The translations under genes and the position numbers were made by a program. Positions 11,077 through 24,100 of a stretch of DNA of 36,350 bases are shown piece after piece. This DNA comes from Conidiobolus incongruus B7586 (taxonomy: Eukaryota), in assembly GCA_000697335.1 (NCBI GenBank), contig JNEM01010443.1, positions 1 to 36,350 of the forward strand, written 5' to 3'. Each line of letters opens with the position of its first letter. Within the stretch, counting starts at the first letter, position 1. The notes under the pieces were generated by a model. That model was not told the origin of the DNA, made no database searches, and was given only the letters and a program-made list of their open reading frames with translations.

Positions 11077-12644
11077 CACTAGCCTGCAAAAGTAAGTCAT
11101 AAAATTAAAAATATATATATTTCTATTAACATCTTAATCAATTCTAATTTAAATAAACTTATATTAAACTATATAATTAATATATATTTTTTATTTATAA
11201 TATAATATATATAGTTAAATTTAATTAATTATTAATTGATATATTAACACTAAAAGTATACTTAAGGTGAGTTATAAATTTGTAGGTTTTAGTATTGATT
11301 GAAAAATTAATATCTAGTATATCTATCTTTTACTTATCTAACTTCTTTAAGTTTATAGGGTATAGAGTCAACTAGCTTTTTACATTAGGTAAAACTAATA
11401 TTATTCAAAGTTTCTTGAATATACTTTTAAAGTTAATCTAAATTTTTTGCTAGGGGGAAAGCTTTAATTGATTTTTTTAGTTAATCTTAAAGATATTTAA
11501 TTAGGTTAAGATTAAGAGATTAAAGAGGTTATTTTATAATAGTTATTTTGTTATTTTTAAGCTATTTAATAGTAGAATTTATAGTATAACAAGGTGTATT
11601 ATCTTGTTAGAAAATAATATTTGATTTTTTTAATCTATACCACTCAATAGTTTTTTTAATTTATTGTTTAGAATACTTTAGTACATTTCAGTATTAATTC
11701 CCCTATTAACCCTATAAAAATACCCTATACCTAAAGAAAATATATATCCCTAAACTATAATTAACCCATCATTGTATTTTTAGGTTATAATAACATAATG
11801 GTTATAAAGTAGTTCTTTATCTTTTTTAAAACATCTAGCTTCTTTATTAGATTTATTAAGATATATCTTTGTTTCATTAAATTAAATAACCTTACTTTAA
11901 TTAATTTTGGTTCAACTTTAGTGTTGACATTTAAACTCCCACCTAGCTTTACAGTAAAACTTCTTTAGTTGGGGGTGTTTTTTCTTAAAATATAAGCAGT
12001 ATCTATTCTAATATAAAACACATATAATAGTATTAGTACTAATTAATATTCCTGTATAGTTTTATAATTTTTGTTGTGCTTCTACAATAATATTACACTT
12101 ACCTATATTAACTAATCTACAAATATACTTTTTATCATATTTATCTATAATCTTAACACACTTAAGTTTTGGTTTAGGTGTTTTTTTAACATTGTTCTTA
12201 ATAACCCTAACTATAATAGATTAGCTAGCACTAGTAATTCTAGCAATCTCACAAGTTAATTTATTTTTATTATAAAGTTGATTAATGCATAAGTGAACTT
12301 TTTTAGAGAGAGATTTAAGTATTATAATATTAATTTTAAAATATTAGCTTAATAATTTTATAATATATATAATACTACAAAAGAAAAAGATGATATATAT
12401 AAGTTTTGTTATTTATACCCCCTTAACTTATAAACCCACAAATTTATAACTCACTTTGGTTAAATTTTAGGTTTTGATATATTAACCAATAGCTAATGTA
12501 ATATCATCAAATATAGTTAGTTATAATTAATTAATATAGGTAAATTATATATTTTAATTTAAATTTATATAATTAGAAATTGTTTAAGATATAAGTAAAT
12601 ATTTAAGTAATTTTAATTTTATGACTTATTTTTGCAGGCTAGTA
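11077..12644 (-). mobile_element. Full-length defective Tc1-family (DD34E) DNA transposon, 1568 bp
   Basis: ~34-bp TIRs CACTAGCCTGCAAAAGTAAGTCATAAAATTAAAA / TTTTAATTTTATGACTTATTTTTGCAGGCTAGTA with TA flanks. Minus-strand relics: VI*FNETK (VIWSDETK), KYNDGLIIV*G (KHGGGSIMVWG), F*QDNTPC (FQQDNAPC) and *PL*SLNLNLIK (WPPQSPDLNPIE). The D codon at 11603 and E-position codon at 11498 have 34 codons between them. Confidence 0.92.
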
Positions 12645-12899
12645 TATATCTTTTTATCTTTATTTTTAAAAATATCTAGTCTCTAAGTTTTTCTCATAAT
12701 ACTCACAAAAGTATTAAGCCTTAATTAATATAAAATATTTGATTTTTTGAAGAACATGATTTACAAAAAGCTATTTTCATTTAATTAGGTGAATCCCTTA
12801 ATTTCTCTTAATTTTGTGATAATCTATTATTTATAACTAATGATTCCTTATTTAAATATTAAAAGTTTATTTTCTCGTATATTTATAATTATTATTTGT

Positions 12900-13500
12900 G
12901 GTGATTTTATCAGGGATTATTATAAATATCTTGAGAGCAATTAATTTAATTAAAATGATTATATTATAAATAATATTACAACTTATTCTTTATCTTGAGA
13001 TTTATATATTTTTAACTAACTTACCCTATTTATTCTAGAATTATTATATAGTAATAAATAATCTTAGGTGTATAACTTATTATTTAAAGTTATTAAGCTT
13101 ATATCTTCAATGTTTATCCATTTATTTGTAAATTATTAAGTTAATATATTACCTGGTTTTTAATTATTTATTAAATCAAATCTATATTATTTTATATTAT
13201 TTATTACTAAGTCTCTCAATACTTATAACCTGCTTATTTTTTTTGATTTTTCTGGTAATATAATGAGTATGGAGATATTTTTTATTTTTTAGCTAATTAT
13301 TAAATCAAAGGATCTTTGAGTAAAGCTGGATAAAACTTTAGTTTTAAAAAGATAAGATAATAAAAAGGATATATTAACCCTTTATCTTAAGAACTAGTGA
13401 TATTCTAGAAACTCCATTATATAAGCTATAGTTTAATAAATTTAAAATATTTAAACCATTTAATTTTCTTAAATAAATATTCTGCCCTATTTTTATTAAC
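12900..13500 (-). mobile_element. Degenerate non-LTR retrotransposon AP-endonuclease remnant
   Basis: Shares the 130-bp repeat with 10045-10172. The minus strand later shows NNSRINRV (~13020-13045, cf. SRIDR) and NHF (~12953-12961, cf. SDH). Many TAA stops; boundaries approximate. Confidence 0.4.
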
Positions 13501-14799
13501 TTAGATTTTTTTCTTAATTTTTTATTTATCTTTTTAGCTCTTTTACTTAGTACTTTATACCCTTTTATAAGATTTCTTTTAATAGGGAATTTTAATTCCT
13601 GTTAATATTATAATATATTTTTAATTGCTTAATTAAAATCTATAAATATTAAATTATAATTTATGATACAAAATCAATTATTTTATAATAAAATTAGTAA
13701 TATAACAATATTAAAAATTTGATATTTTTATATTAATGTTAAATGTTCTTTTTTTTATTTTAACATGATTTTTAAATAAATTAATTTAATAATCAATATG
13801 GATAAAATAGAATAATCTAGTAATATAGCTATTGAACTAAAAGATATATTTAATCTAATTTTGATATTAAATATCAACTCTATAAAATAAACAGGGATTC
13901 ACTTAAATAATGCCAAAATAAAGTCCAATTTATCTAATAGTTTAACAATATTCAAAGTATAAAAAACTACCAATAGTTCACAATGAATAATAAAATATCG
14001 AAATACTTAAGAATAGAGTCACCATAATATATTGATCGAATATTCAATAATCCAGATCCTAAATAATTTCTACAACGGTATTTTTAAATTTAAACCAATT
14101 CTCAAATAGTTAGAAAGAATATATTATTTAAATAAGAATTATAATAGTATTCATAAAATTAAAATTAAAATAATAAGAAATTGGAATTTAGTAAACATGA
14201 ATAAGTCCTTTTTTTGGAACTTATTTCAATAATATTAATATTTTAAAATCTTAATTTTAAATTAAAAAATATAATTAAAATTAAATAATTTTATTAAATA
14301 TATTTTATATTAATTTTGAATTTAATACTCATAGTTAATATTGAAATATGCCAATATTTGAATTAATGCATTAATGATGAATTCAATGTTTTAAACTTCT
14401 TTACCAATGTAATTCATAATCTTTATATATTCTTTTATTAAGAAAAAATAATAAAATAATAACAGATTTTTTCCTTAAATTGTATTAAAATTTTAACCAA
14501 TTATCATTTGCCAAGATTTCTATTCAAATGATTCATTTTTAGAAATTAGCATGTTCCTTTAATTTCCAACTGATCTAATAATTGTCTAGAGACTTCGACT
14601 ATAATATAGTGAAACCTATTTAAAATGTAGAACTTGTCATATTAAGTTGATTGAAACAAATCAAAATTTTTAATTAATGATAACTGGGACTGTGAAAAGA
14701 AAAAATAATCATTTTATTTGTTAATAAAATTAATATTAATATTTTTTCTAAAATACAAAATAGTTTAAAGTTGTTGGATTTTCGAATTGGATTAATATA

Positions 14800-15346
14800 A
14801 TTATAAGCTTTAGAAATGGCGATAGTTTCAGCGCTATTATAAAGTTCCTGACATTTAGTTCCATCATTTTCATCAGGACTTGTGAAGTAGCCTGAAAGAT
14901 TGACAAATGAAATGGAACAACCACTCAGTGAATTGTTATAAGGCTCCTTCAATGGTGATATCGATACAGTTCATATAGGATTCACGATTACCGGTCTTGT
15001 TAATCTAGAACCAGCCGGCAACAGCTTTACCGTTAGGGACATCCCTGGGAATTTGGATGTCATAGGAGAGACCGAATTGGCAGCTTCCGCCACTATGGGT
15101 AGCGGTACCTTCGAAGGAAAATTGCATGCTATCGCCAGCTCTGTAGGTTGCGACAGGTGCGGCTGGATGGAATTGACTGCATCCATATTGATTGACGGGG
15201 GCCATCAAATTGTAGTTGATGTTTCCAGACCTGGCATTTTGGCTGTACTTGGAATCTCTGGCAGCTGGGGATTTCACGTATATGTGACCACGGATTGTAG
15301 AAACGTTGATTATGCTAATTAAAGCGAGTCTAATAAAGTTCATCAT
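14800..15346 (-). pseudogene. AA11-type LPMO pseudogene
   Basis: Close paralog of 25177-26142 (signal peptide + His1, ATHSGGSCQ, NRESYMNC). Lesions: in-frame 66-bp deletion at SYD, TGG>TAG stop at 15005-15007, frameshift near 14940, and no recognisable linker or C-terminal module. Confidence 0.9.
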
Positions 15347-18300
15347 TTTGTTTTGTAGTATATCATAAAACTAACCTAGTCTTAGTAGGTAATGATCTCA
15401 CTGATTTATCATTTGGTATACATATATAACTAAGTTACTATTACCGTTTCAATATTCACATATATAATTGTAGCTTTAAGGTTGTACTTAAAATTGCCAA
15501 TTTGTAACCATGTAGCTATGCTATTAAACGGATTCGAATACCTCTAGATTGCCACCATTGCCATCAAACCTCTTCTTGCTAGCTGCCTTCTAATCTCTAG
15601 AAGCTTGAACCTCTACACCAAACTCCACTGGATTTGAATGCTGAAGCGAGACCAAATCTTATGGAATCAAAACCTTCTTGAGCTAATTTAGGCTAAAGAG
15701 TTGATTCCATCAAAACTTTGATTGGTCTTTGTACCACAACTTAAGTATCTAAAGATCTCTACTGTATTATGGAAAAACGTATTATTAGATAGGTTTTGGT
15801 CTAAGGATATTTTATTTAAAAAATTGTTAATTACCTTATGATGATTCTAACTAATTCTCAAATTTTTTAAATTAGGAATTTTTCTGAACAAATTATAATT
15901 ATATTAGATTAATTTCAAAATATATTGTTGGTACAATGTAATAAGATTATATACTACAAAATTTATTGAATTAAATAATTTTTAGCTATATTTGATTTAA
16001 TTAATATATTCATTTTTAAAGAATCAAACTTTTAATAATCAATATATATAAATTAATAAATTAAATTTATAATTAATTTTATTATTTCAATAAATATTAT
16101 TACCCAACAATTGATAATTGAAATATAATTAAGAGAAAGATTCTCAATAATAAAATATTATCAGAAAAATTTTATAATAAAAAACTTTAATAATAGTTAT
16201 AAACCAAATTATTAATTATATATAAAATAATAACTATTTGAGATTATATTTCATAATTAAAAAAATGGAATTAAAAAAATTATTGTGGTTAATATATCTG
16301 AAATATAATATTAAAAATTTATTTCAAATTTTATATTTTTTGTTATAAATCATAATTATATTTTAGCATAAACTTACTTTTAATAACTATTAACATCTTG
16401 AAAGTTATATTAAAAAACAGTATTAGTTTTGAAAAATTTCTAATTATTTGATTATTTATGGTTCAATAGTATAAATGAAAAATATACTAATATTGAATCA
16501 AATTATTGGACTAACACCAGAATTTAAGGGATCAAGGATTATTATATTTTTTTTACCTAAATAATTATTTTAAGATACTTCAATAAGTGTTATTATATTG
16601 AGATTTTATTAAAGATTCCAATGATTATTCAATAAAATTCTGAATATATATTATATATAAATATAAATAAACCTGTGATTTATTAATGAAACCTAAAAGA
16701 TTAACTTCAATTCAAAATCAGGTTTTTAATAATAATATTTTTGAGATATTAACATACATTTTCAAGTATCGTTTTTTACCAATATCTCTCAAGCCAAATC
16801 AATAACAATATCCAATAAATTTATTTCCTACAAATCTAGACTATGACTATCAATTGACAAATATGTTATTACCTCATGAGAAAAAAACCAAAAACTTTGA
16901 AAATTGAATATTAAATGCAACTGAGTTTAGGAATTTTAATTATTATTAAATATATAATAATGATATCTAAATCATATTTTATACTAAATATTGATATAAA
17001 TTTGAATTTTTTTAAGTATGAATCTTATTTTTTCTTAATTTATTGTAATATATATACAATATTATTAAATTTTATAATAATTATTTATTATACTAGTATT
17101 TGACTATAATTCTTTCTAATAATATAATTAAATTTATATTAAACTATTAATTCAATTAATCAATTTTTCAAATTTTATATAAAATAATATTAGAAATTCA
17201 ATTTCTATATAAATAGAGTAATTTGATTAAATAAATCAATATTTTTTAAAATATATAGTGTTTTGAATTAATTGATATTTAGAACAATATTGATGCAATA
17301 CATTAATTTTTTTATTAAACAAATACATAATTACAAATTGCCAAAATTGACTAAATCGATTTCACTATGATGTATATATTATAAATATGAATAGGATAAT
17401 TAAAATTTCTCAAATATTAGATTATAAATTAAATTAGATTATTTATTAATATCTAACCTATATTAATTAATTCATTATTTATATTATTAATAAAACTTAA
17501 ATATTAAAATTAGAATTAAATATCGAATGAATTGTAAAAAATTTTATAACTATTATCTTATTTCCAGATAATCCAAAAAAAAAATCTAAAAAAATTATTA
17601 ACAGTATTGAAAATTAAATCAAAATAATGGATTTAATTCAATTTTTTAACAATAGTCAAAATATAAAACAAAATAATTCAAGCCATATTCGCTACCAATC
17701 AAATTTTCAACACTTTACTAACGCCCAAGAGATATTGAAATTCTCAATTCACGATCAAATTAAAACCACCGGAATAATTTTTTTAATATTTGAGAATGTA
17801 TTCAGTAATGATTTATAAAGGTTGTAGTATATTGATAGTAGCTATCACAAAATTTTATCAAGTCTTTGGATATAGATAATAATCATTGAAAATTTGGCGT
17901 TATTTCAATGTGTATTTTGCAATGAAAATTGAAGACATTGATTCCTTTATTTGGAAGTCGGAGATCATTGTGGTTTCAAGAGATTATATTTATTAATAAA
18001 CTGAATAATTTCAAAGACTTTTTAGGTGACTAAATTTTATTGACCTTTAATACTTATTGTAATTCTGTTTCTTGATTTCTATAAAATGTATATATATTCA
18101 AATACTACAAACATCTCTTTATTAGATAATGAATATTATCTCAGCTAATATAGTGGCAATCTAGTGAATGAATAATATAAAATTAAAATTCAAAATATTC
18201 TAGAATGTTAAAATTCGAATTTCTAAAAAGAGAATTTTATTAATTTTAACAATGATTTTAAATTAATAATGATAATAATAGAATTCAATCATTGCTAATA

Positions 18301-18573
18301 TTATCTACTGTATTATTATAATGTAATATAATCAATTAATTTTGATGAAATATAGTTACATATGATACCCAATATGTAGTAATAATCCCAAATATATGCG
18401 ATTAATTGTTATTTAATTTCTACCAAGATAATCCCAACGAATATTTTTTTAGATGAATGGCGGTGGGGAAAAGTATGAATTTCAAAGTGTGTATTCTACA
18501 TCTCGCACTAATAACAATGTAATATACCATCACTTTTAAAATTCATACAAGTATATTTGATCAGAGAGGATAT

Positions 18574-18595
18574 TGTATAAATAGAAGCAATATGG
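18574..18595 (+). promoter_or_regulatory. TATA core promoter shared with the LPMO gene at 25177
   Basis: TGTATAAATAGAAGCAATATGG lies 81 bp before the ATG. It is 19/22 identical to 25095-25116, which lies 82 bp before the LPMO ATG. Confidence 0.7.
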
Positions 18596-18654
18596 TGTAT
18601 CTTCATTAATCAGAAAATTCAGATTTTGATAATATACGAAAATTAAAACTAGCA

Positions 18655-19758
18655 ATGAAGAGAAATATTGGAATCACCTTGATCAGCATTCTGTCTATTT
18701 CCCCATTTAATACTTTTTTTGAAGCTAACGCTCATGGTCCTGCAAATCAAAATTCTCTAAATCATGGTTCTATTCCCTCGACTCTTTCCGAGTTAAATCA
18801 AATGAATTTTCTTAATAATTGGCAAAGTAGCCAAAATATTAATGATAAATCAAAATCATCAAATTTTGCCAAAACTGATCAGGATAGAAATGACTTTATG
18901 AAGTCCAAAAGGAATCGGAATAGAAGTAAAAATTCCAATAATAATCGTAATAATCATCACAACAATAATAACAATAGTAATAATAATCATAAATTCAAAA
19001 AGCACGATACAATTAATCCAGCTACAGCTACAGCAGGCAATACATCTATTAAACCTCGTAAAATCTCTCCAACCTCTACTAGAACTAAACTAGCTCAAAC
19101 ATCTAAATATGTTTCAGGTAATACATCCAGAAAACCCCGTAAAACCTCCCCAACTTCTGCTGGAACTAAACCAACTCAAACATCTACACATAGTCCAGGA
19201 AATACATCCACTGAATCTGGTCAAACTGCTTCAAAAACTATAATCTCTCCCAGTAAAACCATTACAACTATTCAGGGAGCTCAGTCATCTACACTTCATA
19301 CACATACTACAACTATACATGGAGTACAGTCATCTTTATCTGGTAAAATCACTACATTCACTCCCAGTCAAACAGCTTCAGCCACCTTTGGAGCTCATTT
19401 ACCTTCATCAACTCAAGCCAAACTCGATAAACCCACTCCAACTGACTTAGACAACTCTAACCAAATAGGAGAAATCTTTGAAACACTTCGTGATATTGTT
19501 CGACCTACTCTAAGTGGATCTGATGTGCCGGCAACTATCGATGGTCCTGAAGAGCCTGTAACTCTTGAAGAACCTGAAGCCGTTAATGAATCTGAAGAAT
19601 CTGAAACTCTCGACGATTCTGAAGAACTTGAATCTGGTATTGCACCTCAAGAAGTTGAGCCCAAAGAAGCTAATGATAATGTATTAGACATTGAAGTTGG
19701 ATCAGATTATGGACAAGATGGAGATAGAACAAGCGATGCAGATAGCCAACCCTCCTAA
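18655..19758 (+). CDS. Secreted low-complexity protein (Asn-rich, Ser/Thr-rich mucin-like repeats, acidic tail) with LPMO-like signal peptide
   Basis: 367-aa ORF with a signal peptide, no Cys, a poly-Asn/basic block, 27-aa repeats (GNTSxKPRKxSPTS...) and a Glu/Asp-rich C-terminus. Confidence 0.8.
   Translation: MKRNIGITLISILSISPFNTFFEANAHGPANQNSLNHGSIPSTLSELNQMNFLNNWQSSQNINDKSKSSNFAKTDQDRNDFMKSKRNRNRSKNSNNNRNNHHNNNNNSNNNHKFKKHDTINPATATAGNTSIKPRKISPTSTRTKLAQTSKYVSGNTSRKPRKTSPTSAGTKPTQTSTHSPGNTSTESGQTASKTIISPSKTITTIQGAQSSTLHTHTTTIHGVQSSLSGKITTFTPSQTASATFGAHLPSSTQAKLDKPTPTDLDNSNQIGEIFETLRDIVRPTLSGSDVPATIDGPEEPVTLEEPEAVNESEESETLDDSEELESGIAPQEVEPKEANDNVLDIEVGSDYGQDGDRTSDADSQPS
19036..19212 (+). 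repeat. 81-bp (27-aa) coding tandem repeat, ~2.2 units
   Basis: Units start at 19036, 19117 and 19198 (GGnAATACATCy = GNTS). Confidence 0.85.
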
Positions 19759-19858
19759 ATCTGTTACCTAAATGATGATCCATACTCTCCTGAGTTTATT
19801 GAACCTAAATAAAAATTCTCCCAATAATTCCTTATCAAATTCTAAAATTTAGTTAATA

Positions 19859-19964
19859 TTACCTTGAATTTGAAATAATGGGAAATTTTTTAATTTCTGA
19901 TTTTTCAAACATATTATTAGTTTGAAATAAATAAATATATACAAAGTTAATAGGAAATTATATA

Positions 19965-20003
<39 letters not shown>

Positions 20004-21182
20004 TTTTTTTGATTAAAAAATTAACTTTTTAAAATTAGTTGTTTAATTTAATCATGCTTAAACTAAATAGTGATCATCAAAAGTTTTTTATTTTAGTATT
20101 AGTAAAACTTAACTATAAACCCTCTAAAATTATTTAAAATTTACAAGCAGCTTTTAGTAATAAAGTATTATCTAAATCAACAATTTATTGCTAGGTAAAT
20201 TACTTTAAGGTTAAAAGAGAAATTATTCAAAACTTGCTAAAATCTAAAAGACTAACTTTAACTATTACTCTTTTAATTGTAAATAGAGTGAAAAAATATA
20301 TTGAAAAACACCTTTTTATTTTAGCTAAAGAATTATCTAAGCACTTTAATATTAGTTTTACAAGTATTTTATATATTTTATAGTTTAAACTAAAATTAAT
20401 AAATAAAAATATAAAATAAATACCTTATAATTTAACTAAAGCTTAAAAAAAAACTAGAGTAGCTATTGCTAAATAAAACCTATTGAAATATTACTAGAAG
20501 CCTAGATTTTTACAGCAAATAATTATAATTGATGAATCTTAAATCCCTATGTATAATCTTTTATTAAAACACAAATCAAGATGCTAGATTAAGTTAAATC
20601 AACCCCCTCTACAAATCCCTTTAAATAAATATTTTGTTAATAAACAAATGTTAATTATTATAATAAATTATAATAGTATATGCTATTCTTATTTAGTTCC
20701 TAAAGGAAAATTAATTAATAATAAACTATATATTGTTTTTTTAAATAAAAGTATTTTTAATTAGTGTTCTCAATATAATTTGAGAAAACCTATTATTTTA
20801 CATGATAATTGTAAAATACATAAATCTAAAGCTGTAAAAAACTTTCTAATTAAAAATAACTGGAAAAAACTACCACATCTAGTATATTCCCTTGATTATA
20901 ACCTATGTGATTATAATTACTTTAGGTAATTAAAAAACTAGCTTGCAGGAAAGAAAATTTCTACAGGAAAATTTAATTGGTTTGTGAAACATCAAATTTT
21001 AGTCTTTAATAAAAAGAACTATTTTTTAGGTGTTAGAAGTTTGCTAAAAGTATAGCAAAAAGTTATTAATAATAAAAGAAACTATTAAATTTATATTATA
21101 TATTTATTTTTATATATCATATATTCAAATGTTTATTTATTTTTAATTGCAAAAAATTCCCATTATTAAAAATGCAGAGTAA
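19859..21182 (+). mobile_element. Full-length defective mariner (DD34D) transposon, copy A, 1324 bp
   Basis: Imperfect ~30-bp TIRs (TTACCTTGAATTTGAAATAATGGGAAATTTTT / AAAAAATTCCCATTATTAAAAATGCAGAGTAA) with a TA TSD. In-frame relics: *IPYNLT (WVPHELT, 20417), IIIDES* (D at 20531), LHDNCKIH (D at 20804) and LPHLVYSLDYNLCDY (YSPDL-like; D at 20909), giving D34D spacing. There is an internal (TA)n expansion at ~19972-20000. Confidence 0.95.
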
Positions 21183-24100
21183 TATCATAGTACTTGAATT
21201 ATTAATTATATTCTTTTTTTTACTTAATAAATCCTACTTTTAATCTTCATTTTATAAAGTTATTCTTTATAATTAATTTTATTTGTTTTAAAATTTAATT
21301 GAATTAATTCAATATTATATTTTATATAGTTTATATATATGTATATTACTCTTAGATTAATTAATATTATTTTTGAAAATTAAATTAGTGACTATTTGGA
21401 TAACATCATACTCTTAATATATATTTGTAATTGTATTCATACTGTTCAAGTGATAATTTATTGTTTGTGTTTCATATTATAACATTATTTACACTAACGT
21501 ATACTTAATTCGTATTATGAGTTGATATCATCAATAGCACAACTATTTCTATATTCTTAGCTTACACATTACCTCTTGAAAGATAATCCAATATGAGTAC
21601 ATTATCTAATCGACCATAGTATTCTGTTATCTACTTCTTATGCCATTTTCTGTATTTGTTTTTCTAAAGTTCCAAGGATCATTAATAATCCTGGTACAGT
21701 CAATTTAAAATTATATTTGTGATAAAATAATATTTCAATAATTAGTTAATTTCAATTGAGGATTTTATGATATAAATAATATAGCTATTCAATCTTGATT
21801 GAGATTTTAAATATGATTAAATTATTAATAAAATTAAATTTTTTAAATATAATATCATTATAAAATATATGTATATAATAATAATTAAATCTGATCAATA
21901 ACTTTATATTTAAACTGATAAAACTCTCTAATTTAATTCATATCATAAAATTACTATTATTATGTACAATATTTAAGGAAATGACTATCTACTGAAGTAA
22001 AGTTATAATATGATATATATATATGGAGATGTATTTATTTAAGATTTGAAACAATTATAACAATGAATATTTTTAATTATATTCATTTTTGAAAATATAT
22101 AATTAATAATTTATTAAAATATTATAATTATTTTTTTTATAGTTTTTGTAATATTAATAAAAATTAATTAAAATTTGAGTAACAATAATTTGAATTCATT
22201 TATATAATATTAATTTCAATCAAAGACAAATTCATATATTTAATCATATCAAATATTATTTATATCAATTTATTTAATTAACCGAACAAAGAGATAGTTT
22301 TTTATAACCTTTTTTTAAATTTTCATCTTGAAAAAATGAATACTTTGATTTTTAACAATTAATAAATATTAGATAGATTATAAATATATATTAACTCTTA
22401 TTATGTATTCGACATAGTATAATTCTCAATAATGGATATTCCATCATGAGCTAAATATTCAATGAAATTCATTTTATTGTATTTTAAAATACATAGGCAA
22501 TGGATTGGTATAGTAACAAATTGAGAATCGCTATAGCTTGATCTAGTCATGATTAATATTGAATTAATCCCATAATTTCTTTATTAAAATTAAATTTAAA
22601 TAAAATTTTTTTTCCAAAATAATGATAAATTTCTGGAGCACAAAAGATCCAGCTAAATTGATTATGATTGGAAAATTTTATTATAATCTTGAAATATTTC
22701 TTTATATAATTTAATTGAAAACTATAAATTCAATTTTTTAGGAGTTTAAGCAAAAAAAATTATAGATCTTTAATTTGATAAGCAAATACACTTTCATAAA
22801 TTGTAAATTGATTTGTTTTTGATAAAAAAGATAATTTTAATGAAACAGAACTTACCAATTTATTAAACAGGTAGCAGTGGGTCGTAACATTTTTAATTCA
22901 TATCTATTCAGAATTTTATTGTTAATTTAAAATTATGAAACATAAATTTAATAAATCATAAAATTTTCAGTTAAAAAAGCAACTAGTATAAATTTAGTAT
23001 AAAGACAAAGAAATGACAGTATTAGTTGTTCAGCACTCAAAGAGCTTTTCAAAGTTATCAAGCTTGATTGTTTAATAATATAATAGCATAAATTAAATTT
23101 AGCAATTTTGAGATTAAACATAATTGATGAAAATTGAATTCTAAACATCATATTCATTGATGTTAAATTATAAAATATTTCATCTTTAAATTTTCTAAAT
23201 CATTGTATTGAAAATGAACAATAGTACAAATTTATGGATCTTAAATTCAAAACTAATAGTAACTTATATTTAGGTATTAGCTATATTATATCTTTGTTGA
23301 TTGTTTTATATAATTGTCAAGCCTGAAATTTATTTATCTTTATTTATTACTAAAATATTTAGTTTAATCGCTGCTATTTACAAGTATATTACTCTTGGAA
23401 TATTTTTTGTCCGAAAAGGTTGTTATGATAATTAAATTAAGCATAACAATGAATTTGATTGATTTTAGCGTTAAGTAATTAATAAGACGTTTGTTTAACA
23501 AGTATTATTACTAGGTTTATTTAACATTATTTTCTTTCATAGCCAGTCTATCGATAGTATTTTTATGCAAGATTTACATAAATAATAGCGAAATTTAATT
23601 AAACCTATATTCATACAATAATAATTACATATTTAAATAACTGGTAAATATTTTTTATTTGTTAAAGTACATATCTTTCAAAATGATTGTAATATAAATT
23701 ATCAATTGATTATTAATATTTTTAAACAAATAATATTGGGTAATAGTCCTTTATTTAATTAATACTGTCAGATTAAAATATTTTATACATTAGCTTAATT
23801 TTTCTTTTATTGATGCGTATGTATAATTTATAGATTTTAATAATTTCTAATTAAATTATAGTTTTTAATATTAAATTATTTGAGAAAATTATATTTTCTT
23901 TTTGATAAAATTGATATCTCAATGTGGTTCCCAATCATTTTAATTGTAATACAAATATTTAATAATCATTGCATTTAGTGAATTGGCTATCAACTAAATT
24001 TAACAAATATTCATAAGTAATATCTTCAAGTTTATAGATAATTATAAAGCTATAGGTTATTATGATTGATTCAATATGATTTTAGGAATAGCTTAATACC

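Noticed and set aside
20417..21060. Stop-codon reassignment as the explanation for in-frame TAA/TAG in transposases
   Set aside because: Host genes terminate normally at TAA, TAG and TGA. Stops fall at both Trp and Gln positions and differ between copies, consistent with transitions.
22849..22906. Minus-strand exon-like piece YELKMLRPTATCLINW followed by GTAAGT, reminiscent of a GPCR loop
   Set aside because: Could not be joined to flanking exons to make a gene model.
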